Assembly: GCF_018977255.1 (NCBI RefSeq)
Contig: NW_024704742.1
Location: 10,728,001-10,792,000 of the forward strand
DNA length: 64,000 nt
Source of the DNA: Callorhinchus milii
Taxonomy: Eukaryota
Direction: 5' to 3'
The translations under genes and the position numbers were made by a program. Under the pieces are notes generated by a model that saw only the letters and a list, made by a program, of their open reading frames with translations, was not told where the DNA came from and made no database searches. Of this stretch, positions 1 to 12,479 are shown piece by piece. Position 1 is the first letter of the stretch. Every line of letters begins with the position of its first letter.

Positions 1-555
1 CAGAAAGAGCTTTGTTTCACATCTCACCAGTGCTCTGCCTAACCTGAAAGTGCCTGATGCTGGTAACAGGTGTTGAAACTCAACACTTGGGCTTGTAAGA
101 ACAAGGGCAGTGTTCAGTCCTGTTCAGCATCACCATTCATTTCTGATTAACTGGCACATTAATTCATCCTCAGAAGAGAGAACTCAGAATAGATTTGATA
201 AAGGTTTCTAAGACACCTAATAGGAGAGAAAGTAAACGTGGATCAATGCTTTCGATATCGGTTCAGAATGATGAAGGGCACATTCAGAGAGTGTTCCTTC
301 AAACAGCAGGAATGATTTACCTGCAAAGGGAGTAGAGGTCATTACCTAGACTCATTCAAGAGATGTATCAATGCTTAAGTATGAAAATAGTAGGGTTGGT
401 ATTCTAGAAGGATGAGATCAATTGGGCAGAAGAGCCTTTCTTCAGCTGAACTTGTCTTGTGGTAAATAATAATAATAATAATCCTTGCATTTAATATCAT
501 GCCTTATCACTTTGTTGAAACCTCCTGACGAACTTCCCAAGATTTACTATTGTAC

Positions 556-864
556 AATAATAATAATCCTTGCACTTGATATAGCGCTTTCCATGTCTTC
601 AAGATGTCTCAAAGAGCTTTGCAGAATATATACTATAAAGTGAATTGACTGTGTGTTTTGTGGGCGAAACGCGGCAGCCAATGCGCACAGCAGGGTCCCC
701 ACGCACAGGCATGGATTGAAGTGACCAATTTATTATTTTTTTATTGAGGGATTATTATTATTAGGCGTGCGGAGTAAGGAAACTTGCCCAAGGTTTCACC
801 CTGCCGGGAATTGAACCCAGGTCTCTCACTTGCGAGTGCTCTAACCACTGAGCTACAGGACTCC
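556..864 (-). mobile_element. tRNA-Ala-derived SINE, short variant
   Basis: Reverse complement reads GGAGTCCTGTAGCTCAGTGGTTAGAGCAC (A box), GGTTCAATTCC (B box), CCTTGGGCAAGTTTCC, Deu/Sac-type 3' body, stem-loop and (TTA)n tail; many near-identical copies in the window. Confidence 0.9.
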
Positions 865-879
865 ACCTATGTAATGTAT

Positions 880-1125
880 TTACAGGTGATCGCAGCAGCA
901 AATTTGTACATGGTAATGTCTCACAAAAAACAAAGTGAATGACTAATTTCCCAATCTTACTTGGGGGATTCTAGGTCAGGACACCCAGAGAAACTCCCTT
1001 TTCTTTGTGAATAATGCCATGGGATCTTTAAAGTCCACCTGAACAGGCAGAAGGAGCTTTGTTTAATATCTCATCCAAAGGACGGCACCTCTAACAGTGC
1101 AGCTCACCTTCAGCACTGCACTGAA
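880..1125 (-). mobile_element. SacSINE1/DeuSINE-like SINE fragment
   Basis: Reverse complement contains the GGATGAGATATTAAAC...CAGGTGGACTTTAAAGATCCCATGGC block also seen near 40750 and 49180. Confidence 0.7.
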
Positions 1126-3169
1126 GTCAAAGTCAAAGGACATTGGAACAAACTCCCTCTTGTGATCTTATGATAGTAAAATGCTTGAAAACTTGACTTC
1201 CGTGTTGTGCTTACCAAACCTGCTGAAGTAAGATCCATAAACAAGTTGAAATGTCCAGTCTCTCCAGAAGGATCTTCACAAAATTAGCCAGTTGAGTGAT
1301 AAACAAGCACAAAAAGTTGTCCGCTCAGAGCTGTTTGCATTAGTTAGAAAGAAACAGTATCTTCTGCAGGCCAAATGTCCCCACTGATGTGATGTATCAA
1401 GCCTCAGGGACGAACTCCATCTGCTTCAACCTCAAACAGATTGTTCTTGTGAATGAGATTGGGTTTCATGTTCCATGTCTCGTCTTGCTCGATTTCTCCT
1501 TACCTTGTGAGAAGTCTGCGCTTCCAAATGAGTTTCTTGCAAAAAAACTCCATCATTTTTCACACTTTTGTGAGCAGTGACAGTTTTGTTTCTCCTGGTT
1601 TTTTTTCCCATTACTTTTATATACCAGGAAATGAAAGCAGTTATTCCTCTCCATTTGTTGAATATAACGTAATGAACTCTGCGCCGTTCAGTAATTTGAT
1701 TGAATTTGTCATTGTGCATTTTTAAGTCGCTGTAATTAAACATATTTATTTTATATTGTAATGTAATTTTATTTATAATTTAACATTTCATTAAATGTAT
1801 TATTTATGAGCGCACTTCAACAAATTCATTCCATTTAGAGCACGGAGCAGGATGACAATATGTGAATTTTCTGACGTTTATACCTGCGAGGAGTTGAGCT
1901 TCTATTTCACTCTTCAGTTCAGTATTTCCATTTTGTTTGTCCTACTTCCCGTCTAGACTGTCAACAGTTATTCTGTCCTTCAAAGAAAGGTAAAACAAAT
2001 ACTTTGATTTCTTTTCGTTCTCTGTGAGAGACATGGCTGGCATTGAAATTCCTCATCTTGATAAACAAACAATTCATTCAGAAGAACAAAACTTTAATTT
2101 GAAATCTGAACAAATATGTAATTTCATCACAGATTATCTGCTGCTTTCAGATACTCCTCTGTCTGTTAGCTTTGCGTGTCCGATATGAATGAAATCAGTT
2201 TGGCCAGTCTTAATCTCTTTGTGGGTGTGGGCTCACAGGATGAAACAAAAGCACTACATTTGGTAGCACCATAAATCTTACTCAGGATGGTAACTGGATG
2301 GGAGTTGTTTAGTGAAAAAAAATGTTACACTGGTACAGAGGAATGTGGACTGAATAGAAGCAGTGTTATTTACATCTAACCGCACTATACTCGACCTGGC
2401 AGTACTTGATCCTGGCACTAAATGCTTGTGGTGTTCAATTTCCCAACTCTAAAACACCTTTCATTGAATGAACACAAGTATTCAGCTCTATATTCTTTAT
2501 AAAAGTGGTCTACAGTCATTTTAATAAGTGTTTGATATGATAATTGCTGTGTTAATCCTAAACATTGCAGGATATCTATGCACTTCAGTTTTCAATGATC
2601 CCTGTGTTTTATGCCTTATAACTGCTGGTTCGATTGACCTTGGGGACAAAACAATTGTTTTGCGTTCCTTATGGTAAAGTTGTTGTATTGTGAATACGCT
2701 CTGAATAATGGTGCAAGTTTATCAAAATTCTTACTTCAATAAAAGTCACTGTACAGATTACAGTAAAGCAGAAGTACAGTATTAAAAAACAAATCCATAG
2801 GAACAGGAGAATGTTTTTAAGGCCAACAAGTTTGTTCTTCCAGTTTATTAGATTCTGATGAATCTTTTAATATAACGTTAATCCTTGCATTTAATATAGT
2901 ATTTATCATGTCATCAAGATGCCTCAAAACGCTTCACAGGATATACTGTAAAGTGGATTAACTGTGTATTTGAAGGCAAACAAATCTCAAATCCTAAAAC
3001 AAAACAAATCCCAAATTAATGGAATTAACTTGATTTGTAGGTAAACAAATCAAATTAATCCCAATGTCATGTCTTTTGGCAATACCTCTTACATCTCTAC
3101 TACAAATATATAATTAATTTTACAGTGCTATATCAAATGCAAGGAATATTATTATTATTACTAACCCAA

Positions 3170-3296
<127 letters not shown>

Positions 3297-4789
3297 TAAA
3301 AATCCAACCTGACCTTCTTAGAAAGCAATCATGCCAGGTATGAGTATAGACAGTGCGCAAAACAACTTTAATCAGAAAGGAGATGGAGGTTTTCTACCAA
3401 TTGGATTGTTGGACTAATATCTCCTGCCTAGAATTATGTTACATATCCCAAAGCCAGAAACAATTAGCGTATATTGATGTTGTTCTAACCAGAAATGCAC
3501 TGAAGGAAGAGAAATGAATGGGATCCCATTGCTGCCTCCCCAACAGTGATAAACAAAAGCTGGATTTGTTCACATCATACCAGCATATGGTTTAGAACTT
3601 GGCAGAGGCTGATCAGTTGTTGAGCGAATATTCAAATGGGCCATTTTAAATGCCAAAGCCATTCAGCCTTTGATGCCTTATGTCAGGAGTTTCAATGTTT
3701 GGAACCTTGGCAAGCTCTCTGAATGAAGCTGCCTTTTAACTCTATTCTAGCCCAATGTTTGATGGTGTGACAGTTACAAAGGTTATTGGTAACACAGCTT
3801 TTATCAAACTACATAACAGAATAAGGTTTGCATTCTCCTCCTGTTTCATGCAACTGGTTGTAAAATCCAGGAGGATGCCATTGACTCGCTTTATTACGCA
3901 CTCAATATTTGTTTTAATAGCAATGGGTTTGCTGTCATGTGATTTTCCTCTGAACTGAATATTTAAGACCTGTTTTCTGATGTCGGACTTTAGTCTGCAG
4001 AATTCGAGTAGAAAAGAACAATAGAGTCATTCAGCTGTGCATTTTTATCCCAGAGCTTTGCCTCAGAATGACTCACTCCTCCAATTTGAACCAACTCTCC
4101 TTTAATTCAAACTAGCTGATGTCTGATGAAAGTGAGCTTGGCCTGAAGATCTGATTGACATAGTTGGCCCTTGTTGTCCTGAGCTCCTCTTCAATGCAGA
4201 CTCACACAAATGGCATACGGAGTTAGGACTTGCTATTTTGATGTTCATTAATAGAGGGGATTTGAGATGGTTTTCAGTGCTTTAAATCTAACTCTTATCT
4301 CCATTGATACCTTGTGCAATTATATGGACAATGAGCTCATTGCTATTCAGAATGCACTATCAAGGTTATACATCAGCAGCACTGTATTTAGGCCTGTTGA
4401 TAGGCATTGTGTGTACTGGTAATTAGGAGAGGATTATCATTTGTTAGTCCTTGTGTAGACAAAGTATTTGCATCCCTGTGGTGTGATTGTATAAGGGCAC
4501 CAGCTGATTTGCTAACTATTAACATTTATACAAGTTAATTCCCCTCTTCTTGTAATGAGTGTGCAGCCTGCTTCAACAGCAGCTCTGCACAGTGAGGCTC
4601 ACTGCAGGATATCGTTAATCTTCAAGCGAAGTGGGGGTGTTGTGAGTTTCAGCAGAACATTAACTCACAATGAAAGTTAATGGTAGTCTAATGCTTTACT
4701 GCAACAAGAAAAAGAAAATGACTGGAATGTCTGCTGTGGTACACTATGCATTTACATTCACTTTGGAGGCTGCTGAAGCACACCACCTG

Positions 4790-5070
4790 ATAGAAATGTT
4801 CAAGATTAGATGGATTTTGATGGTCTGTTTCCATGTGTTTGGTTAGCCTGTATCTAGAGGACGTAACTATAAAATAGATCCAATAGGGAGTTTAGGGGAA
4901 ACATCTTCACATGGTGAGAACTCACTGATGGAAACTATGGTTGAAGCAAACAGCATGAATGTATTCAACAGAAAGCTTGTAGGGACATGAGTGAAAGGAG
5001 AATAGAGGGGTTCGGAGGGGGATTAGGAGGCCTGGGAGTTTATATGGAGTATAAACACCAGCACAGAGTA
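4790..5070 (+). mobile_element. Old CR1 LINE 3' fragment
   Basis: Degenerate GDLIE.FKI..G.D...LFP and downstream CR1-type sequence resembling the CR1 copies at 9858 and 60047. Confidence 0.55.
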
Positions 5071-5219
5071 GTCATAAACATGTAACTGTCATACAAATAC
5101 TTATATGTAACATCATATAAATACAGTGCCTGGAGCTGTATTTTGGTGGCACTGTTTTTGGCTGGGGGAGGGAGGGAATTTTCATTCCTGCTGGGATCCT
5201 GTCTTGTGAAACTAACTCA

Positions 5220-5430
5220 GCAACAACAACTTGCATTAATATAGTGCCCTTCACGCCGAGTAGTGTCCTGGAACACTTAACAGTGGCAGAGTCTGACCTT
5301 GAACTGTGAGCAAGCGAGGGGGGAGATGACCATAAGCACGATCAAAAAGGAAGGGCTTCAGGCGGGATTCAAAAGTGGGGAGGGAGGGAAGGGGCTAGTC
5401 TGAGGGACTGGGGGAGAGAGTTTCAATGAT
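5220..5430 (-). mobile_element. L2 LINE 3' fragment (second L2 family)
   Basis: CAACAACAACTTGCATT tail plus stem-loop, similar to 15152, 29028 and 57423. Confidence 0.65.
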
Positions 5431-5771
5431 GTTCCCCCAACTCAATAGCACATTTTAATTGTAAAGCGTAAAGTTGTGTCACCATGAAAACAGACAAGAA
5501 GAAGTTTACCAAAACCTTCTGAGTATCATGACTACTTCTGTCAGCTAAACCAGGACACCTGGTGCAAATTAATCATGCAATAAAAAATTATTTATTTGCA
5601 ATGAGAATTGATTAACTGTTCAATTGATGACATTTAGAATTATACAAGTTTTTATCAGATATGGTAATATAATAAAAAAAATTCAGGGATTTCAAAGATC
5701 CCTCAAAGGTTCTCTAGCATTCTTGGTATCATGTTGGATTGCTATTGTCTAAAAGCTTGGAGGATTCAATT

Positions 5772-5950
5772 GGATTCCTGTAGCGTATTGGTTAGCGCAC
5801 TCACCTCACAAGCGAGAGACTGTGCAAATTGGCTGCTGCATTTAGCCCACAAAATACACAATCAAAGCACTTTACAATATATTTTGTGAAGTGCTTTGAG
5901 ACATTTCAACAACGTGGTAAGGCACTATATCAAACGCAAGGATTATTATT
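5772..5950 (+). mobile_element. Internally deleted tRNA-Ala SINE
   Basis: Partial head GGATTCCTGTAGC...CAAGCGAGAGAC joined directly to the 3' body and tail. Confidence 0.75.
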
Positions 5951-6129
5951 GTTATCTATACTAATAAAACAATACCTGTCTGCGCTTCAAGAAGGATCTC
6001 GATAACCGATTGATTTAAAGTCATAATTTATACCTCATCAGAAAGGTCTTGCAACTTGGACTGACATGGGCATATTTGTTTTCATGGGCATATCGTTCAT
6101 GAGTTATTTTCACTTTTGCGTTTTTTGCT

Positions 6130-6330
6130 GCAGTTACACCTAGTGGCCTCTGAGCCAAAGCGGCACTGTGGCATTGTGCATTTACACCTGGTGGCCGCCG
6201 AGTCAAAGGGGCGTTGTGGCATTGTGCGTCACAGAACACCTACATATGTACGAATAGACTGCAGTTACACCTGGTGGCCGTGGCGGCTGACCATGGTGCT
6301 GTGGCTTCCTGCGTCACAGAGTACATGTAG
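6130..6330 (+). repeat. Three imperfect direct repeats in the Helitron 5' region
   Basis: GCA(G/T)TTACACCT(A/G)GTGGCC at 6130, 6178 and 6261, each followed by related sequence (TGTGGC...TGC). Confidence 0.85.
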
Positions 6331-7338
6331 CTCAGCGGCAGTGGGAACAAAATAAAGAACACAGATGAAGCTAAGCTGTGGCAACAACAAAATTACATTT
6401 TTAAAGTGCCTTTCACATTGGGAGGACGTCCCAGTGATTATAAATTATACATTTATATTCATCATCAGAAAGATGCCTAAGCAAAAATCAAATGTTTAAG
6501 GATAAGTAGAAATGCTAGACAAAAGGGAGAAGGGCCATTAAATGCAGAAGGCTGCACTTCAATGCTGAAAGGACTGCAAGAGCATGCCGAAATGAGTTGC
6601 CCACTCAAAGAACAGCATGGCTGGACTTAAACGCAGAAAGGCACGCAAGAACACGGCAAAATGACCCCAGCAGCAGAAGTCACTCCATTTACCTGTGATC
6701 AACTATGATCCAGGCAGAGACTATGAATCAGATGGCACCCACCATATTGGGAAAATGTTGAATGTGTGTGCCCACTGTGGAGCCATGAAATGAGCAAAAC
6801 AAGTTCCTTCCATGTCTTGCTCGCTTGGAAAGGTGAAACCAGAGTGACTCACAGAGCCACCTGATCCCCCGAAAAGTCTGCTGGATGGCACATTTAGTGA
6901 TTCTAAATATTTTCTACCAAACCTTAGGAAATACAATTCATGCTTCCAAATGACCTCTGTTGGCACAAATAGAGAAATTAAAGAGCCAGGTTATATGCCA
7001 ACATTTAAAGTGCAAGACCAAGTGCATCACTTATCAGGATCTCTAAAGACTTTGCCTAATGAGTCGGCAAAATTCTTGCAGATCTACTTCATGATGAACC
7101 AAGAAGAACAAGCCATACAGCATGGAAGCAATGTTCTGGGGTTGAACAAAACCCTCATACTAGATCTGCAAGACATGCTTCACAACAGTAACACATACAT
7201 CAGAAGATTCAAGTCCGCAATGGAAAGAATGCCTGCAGAAAAATATAGAATAATCATCCAGACAGACAAGTCACCTGCTGGCCAGCAAGAGCGATGGTAC
7301 TACTGATGAAGTAGCCAACGTGATTGTTGGTGAAGAAC

Positions 7339-7402
7339 AATAACTTGCACTTATATAGCGCCCTCCATGCAGGGTAGTGTCTCAGAGCACTTAGAACGCT
7401 TA
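7339..7402 (-). mobile_element. Ultra-short L2 3'-end insertion with 7-bp TSD GAAGAAC
   Basis: TSD at 7332-7338 and 7403-7409; removing it restores Helitron codons IVGEERGKRDIVLQ. Confidence 0.8.
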
Positions 7403-8756
7403 GAAGAACGTGGTAAGCGGGACATTGTGTTGCAGAATCATGATAATAAACTCAAACAAGTGTGTGAGACTAGCAAGGCATATAAGGCCCTCCAGTATCC
7501 AATCATATTCCCATGTGGTGAAGATGGCTACTATTTCCAGATGTGACAAACAAATCCCTGGACAGTCAAGGACTGACAAAAAGGTGTCTGCTATGGCTCT
7601 TTATGCACACAGGTTGAATATCGAAGCAGAGAGATTCCTTTTTTTCGGATTGAACCAGAAGAAACTCAGGGCTGAGGAGTACATTCATTTGGGTGATGCA
7701 GTTATAAACGATGATAACACCAGCAACGTCGGTCAACTGGTCATCTTGACATCCAGTTTCACTGGGGGGCCACTGTTTATGCACAAAAGAACTTAAGATG
7801 CATTGTGCTATGTGTGAGCGTAGGGTCAACCTAACCTTTCATCACATTCACCTGCAACCGTAATTGGGAGGAGATCAAGCAGGAACTGTTGCCTGGACAG
7901 AAGCCACAGGAATGCCATGATCTCGTAGCCAGGGTTTTCCACCTCAAAGTTCTTAAACTGATGGAGCTTAGCACCAAAAATCATGTCTTTGGATAAGTCT
8001 GTTGCTACCTCTACACCATTGAGTGGCAAAAGTGTGGTCTTCCCCATGCAAACATTCTTCTGTAGCTCTTTAAGAAAAATAATGAAATCGACAATGTCAT
8101 CTCTGCAAAACTGCCAAACCCAGACCCTGTGCTCTTTGAAATCATAAAGAAACACATGATTCATGGGCCATGTGGACAATTCAATAGAAAATTTCCCTGC
8201 ATGAAAGATGGGTCCAACAGGTGGCAGAACAGCGCATTCTACCTCCAAACTGCCAATGAACCTTTCTCATACAGAGGATCCAGTGTGAAATATCAAGAAG
8301 GGTCAGCTGCAACCACATTGATCAGGGACTGGAAAACTATTGTGTGGGATGAATGCACAATGTCTCACAAGCAGGCCTTTGAGGCTCTGGATAGGACACT
8401 TCAGAACATCAGGGAAAACACCCAAATGATGGAAGGAGTCCCCTGACTTATCTCGTCAGGGGACTTCTGCCAGACACGACCTGTCATAAACTGTGGTACC
8501 TGTGCTGATGAACTCAATGCCAGTCTTGAGGCTTCCAGCTGTGGAGAAGATGAATCTCAGGACAAACATACAAGTCCATCTTCATGGCAGTTCTGCAGCT
8601 GGAGCATATGCCAACCTCCTTCTGGAAATTGGTGATGGCAAAATTCCAGTGGATCTAACAGATGGCCAAATTCAGATCCCCAAGGTTGTGGGACCATTGT
8701 ACAAGATATAGCAGAGCTCAAAAACAAAGTTTTCCTGAATCTCAGCCATAACTACA

Positions 8757-9360
8757 CAACAACAAAATTATATTTGTAAAGTGCCTTTCACATCAGGAAG
8801 ACATCCTAAGGCACTGAACAGTTAGGGATCAGAACCCGATTGTGGGTGGGGGCAGGGTTGGGATGAGGGAGGGCAGAGGGATAGGAGGGCGGCTGAAGGC
8901 ACAGCACAGTCAAAAAGGAGGGTTTTGAGTCGTGTCTTGAAGGAGGCAAAAGAGGGAGCAAGGCGATGGGATTGTGGGATGGAGTTCCAAAGATTGGAGG
9001 CAGAGCAAGTTTCCTTACTCCACACGTCTAATAATAATCCCTCCAAAAAACAAAACAATAAATAAATTGGTCATTTTCAACCTACGATTGTTTGTGGGAC
9101 ACTGCTGTACGCAATTGGCTGCTGTGTTTCGCCCACAAATATACGGTCAATTCACTTTACAGTCTATTCTGTGAAGCACTTTGAGATGTCAAGAAGACGT
9201 GAAAAGCACTCTATCAAATGCAAGGATTATTATTATTATTATTATTAGAGAGGCTGAAAGCTTGATGGTAGGACAGGTTGGGCGGGAGAACTGGATTAGG
9301 CCGGAGCCTGCTGAATGGAGGGAGCAGACAGGTTGATAGAGGGTGAGCAGGTCAGTGATA
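8757..9360 (-). mobile_element. 5'-truncated L2 inside the Helitron, containing a 5'-truncated SINE at 9003-9247 (+)
   Basis: (AAC)n tail, stem-loop, LWNSIPQS..LAPSFASFKTRLKT C-terminus; TACACAA/TACATAA probable TSD. Confidence 0.85.
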
Positions 9361-9857
9361 TACATAAATCATAAGTGGTTGTGTCAAAGGGAGGGGGAAG
9401 ATGGGGGAAGAGAGGGTTGGAGAGAGAAGGAAATACACCCAGTTCAATCCTTACTCCCCAAAAATTAGTCTACCAGCAAGATCAATTCCTAGTTACTCAT
9501 TGACATCCCTGGTCAAGAAACTGTTACAAGTCCATAGTTACTGTTCCTGACAACGAAAATGCTGTCAACTCCCCAAGTGAGTTTTTAAACTCTTTAGAAC
9601 CACCCGGTATGCCTCCATACAAACTCATACTAAAGCTTGGGTGCATAATCATGCTGCTGAGCAATCTAAATGCACTGAAGCTATGCAATGGAACAAGGTT
9701 GGTGGTAAAGCAGTTGATGCCATATGTTATAGAATCAACTATTCTGACTGGTCAGTTCAAAGGGGAAGATGTATTTATTCCTCACATCCCCTGCTCCCAG
9801 GTGATGCCTGTTTGAGTTCAAAAGACTCCAATTCCCTGTTCAAATGTGCTTTGCCAT

Positions 9858-10697
9858 ATCAAAAGGACATACTTGCCCTAGAGGGGGTGCAGCATAGATT
9901 CATTAGGTTAGTTCCTGGGATGAGGGGGCTGACCTATGAGGATAGGCTGAATAAACTAGGGCTATATTCTCTAGAGTACAGAAGAATTAGGGGCGATCTT
10001 ATTGAAACATACAAGATTCTTAAAGGGCTGATAAAGTAGACACTGAGGGTCTGTTTCCCCTGGGAGGAGAATCTATAACCAGGGGTCACAGTCTTAAAAT
10101 TAAGGGTCAGCCTTTTAGAACAGAGTTGAGGAAACATTTCTTCACTAAGAGGGTAATAATATAATAATAATAATAATCCTTGCATTTGATATAGCGCTTT
10201 TCACGTCAGGAGGACGTCCCAAAGCGCTTCACAGAATATACTATAAAGTGAATTGACTGTATATTTGTGGGCGAACGCGGCAGCCAATTGCGCACAGCAA
10301 TGTCCCACAAACAGTTGTAGATTGAAAATGACCAATTTAATTATTGTTTTTGGTTTTGGAGGGATTATTATTAGGCTCTGTGTGGAGTAAGGAAACTTGC
10401 CCAAGGTTTCGCCCTCTGCCTGGAATTGAACTCAGGTCTCTCGCTTGCAAAGCGAGTGCTCTAACCACTGAGCTACAGGATTCACTACCCCAGAAGGCTG
10501 TAGATGCTCAGTCCTTGAACATCTTCAAGGCTGAGACTGATAGATTTTTAAAAAAGAGGCATTAGGGGATATGGGGATAGGGCAGGTAATTAGAGTTAGG
10601 TCAGAAGATCAGCCATGATCTTATCGAATGGCGGGGCACAGGCTCGAGGGGCCGAATGGCCTACTCCTGTTCCTAATTCTTATGTTCTTATGTTCTT
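9858..10697 (+). mobile_element. 5'-truncated CR1 LINE inside the Helitron
   Basis: KDILALEGVQHRFIRLVPGMRGLTYEDRL..LGLYSLE.RRIRGDLIE peptide; (TTATGTTC)n-type tail; splits the Helitron CFA|IK.KAQ segment. Confidence 0.9.
10155..10482 (-). mobile_element. tRNA-Ala SINE, short variant, nested in CR1
   Basis: Head, body and tail present; the stem-loop carries the L2-type loop CTCCT. Confidence 0.9.
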
Positions 10698-11889
10698 AAT
10701 TAAAAAGGCACAGCGGCAGAGCTTAAAGGCTGCTGGCCTTTCCTTGAACACATCCTGCTTTTCCCATATGTTGGATGCTCACATGTGAGTTCACCTCAAA
10801 ACCTGTACGTCGTGGCCGAAGGAGGAGAAACTGTAAATGTTGTCAACACGGAAGCCTTGCAATAACTCGAGTACCTGCTGGATCACACAGTAAACCCCTT
10901 TGGTTAGCATAGCTTTGTTAGGAATCCTCCCATTGGAAGCATTCCAAATGGAGTCCTAGATGAGTATAGATAAAGATGAAATGTCTGTCTGTGTGTCAGT
11001 CTGTGTGCCAATCTACATTCCATATTGGATCCTTTGGTTGCAAGTGATTGGGCACCGCTAGTTGTATATAATCAGCTTGGATTCATTTTATTAAAATCTT
11101 GTGCCTGTTTAGCTTCCTGAATGATTTTTTTAAAAAGAGAATCAGAAATAACTTACATTAATAGCACCATAGTTTCTCAAATTGCCAAAGCAAATTAAAA
11201 ACTTGTCTGTTAATGAGCCTTTTCCAAGCAAGCAATGACAATCTGTTGATTAAGATGTCACTCTTGTTTACTTGTTTATTTTTAATGAGAGTGTTATGTT
11301 CTTTCAGTCTTCCAGAAGGTACCATTCCTTAGCATTTAGAAATAAATCAATTATCATTGCATGGTTAATCTGTGCCAGGAGCCCTTGTTTAGTTGGGGGA
11401 ATAGAAGTGGTGATGAGTCTACTATGTACTCTCCAGCACTCTCAACTGACATGGGCAGGTATTCTTCAGGTGGGTATGAATGCCCTGCTCCATTCTATTT
11501 AACCTACCTGTATTCCGTCCCTTGGTCTTCTGCTTTCAATGAAAAAGGGGAAGTGCAGACCCCAGAGCAAGGAGCCACTCAGCTGATGTCAGCCACAAAA
11601 CCATTGATGAGTCGCTCCCCCAGAAATCCTACAGAAATCCTACAGAAACCCAGCCCATCCTGATTGCCAATCGGAAAATAAATAATAATAATAATCCTTG
11701 CATTTGATATAGCACCTTATCATGTCTTCTTGATGTCTAAACGTGCTTCACAGAATATGCTGTAAAGTGAATTGATTGTATATTTTGTGGACGAAGACAA
11801 TACCTTCTTGATGTCTCAGATGGTAAATATTCTGGCCAGAATGGAATTGAGCCATGCAATACCAGGCTCTATTGTGGTCTGCACTGATA

Positions 11890-12110
11890 CTATTCAGTAG
11901 GATGCACTGCCGTCGGTCTGTGTTCTGAATTTGGGAGAAGGTAACAACAGTCATAGTTCTGGTACTGATCACTATCCAGTAACCTTGCTGGAAAACCCTA
12001 CTGTAGATCTTATCAAGGAATGGTATTATAAATAGCCAGACAATATGCATTACCCAGATTTATACAGGAAGAATATTCCTTGGGCAAGGCAGTAGAATCG
12101 ATAAAATTGT
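11890..12110 (+). mobile_element. Ancient AmnSINE2-like SINE fragment
   Basis: CTGATCACTATCCAGTAACCTTGCTGGAAA core shared with 13255 and 17620; family name from recalled consensus. Confidence 0.4.
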
Positions 12111-12479
12111 TCCCCATCTAATGTTAACTATTGCAGATAGAGAATAATGTTCACAAAATTATCTGCACTGCTTCTGCAAAATAAATACAGTGAAACTTTA
12201 TTTTACAGCAAATTGTCCCATAGCCCGTTGTTGTGGGTGTCTGCAGTTGTTATGGAGCAAGTAAGCAGTAATTAACTGCAGCAGTAGTCAATTAGACTTT
12301 GGGCAATTGATCATATGCAAAAAGGAGAAAGAAACCTTCTTGCGCTCTTCATTAAAACATTGTTCAAGATGCTGGTTGCATATTGGCTAAATGATGCTCC
12401 GAGGACAAGGCAATACATGTTCTTCCTCAATAGTAGCAATTCAGGGTCAGAACTCAAATGAGCTCTGTACACTAAATAT

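Larger units (their letters stand above)
6473..10865 (+). pseudogene. Helitron Rep-helicase (HUH endonuclease + PIF1-like SF1 helicase) pseudogene
   Basis: Collinear motifs across frames: C..CGA, FQMTSVG, PTFKVQ.QVHH, ILTSSFTGGP, FITFTCN, EWQK(C)GLPHA, MIHGPCG..PCMKDG, GGRTAHS, IVWDECTM, GDF.Q, LLEIGDG, LCNGTRLVV, FKRLQFPV..CFA, I.KAQ.QSL, CFSH, V..EALQ*; many stops and frameshifts. Confidence 0.93.
5955..11061 (+). mobile_element. Helitron, both termini present, internally deleted and decayed
   Basis: 5' A|TCTATACTAATAAAA at 5954/5955; 3' CpG-decayed hairpin at 11033-11052 then CACCGCTAG|T at 11061/11062; no TSD; RepHel remnants in between. Confidence 0.85.

Noticed and set aside
1504..1535. 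Minus-strand micro-exon with AG|GTAAGG donor
   Set aside because: Weak acceptor, unrecognised peptide and no supporting neighbouring exons; needs RNA-seq
2350..2480. Old repeat resembling positions 1-130
   Set aside because: Likely a dispersed repeat but too diverged to classify or bound
4118..4160. Second hammerhead (CTGATGA...GAAG)
   Set aside because: No GAAA core and stem II does not pair well
10927..10959. Alternative Helitron 3' end (hairpin then CTAG)
   Set aside because: Followed by A rather than T and the hairpin abuts CTAG; the 11061 end fits better
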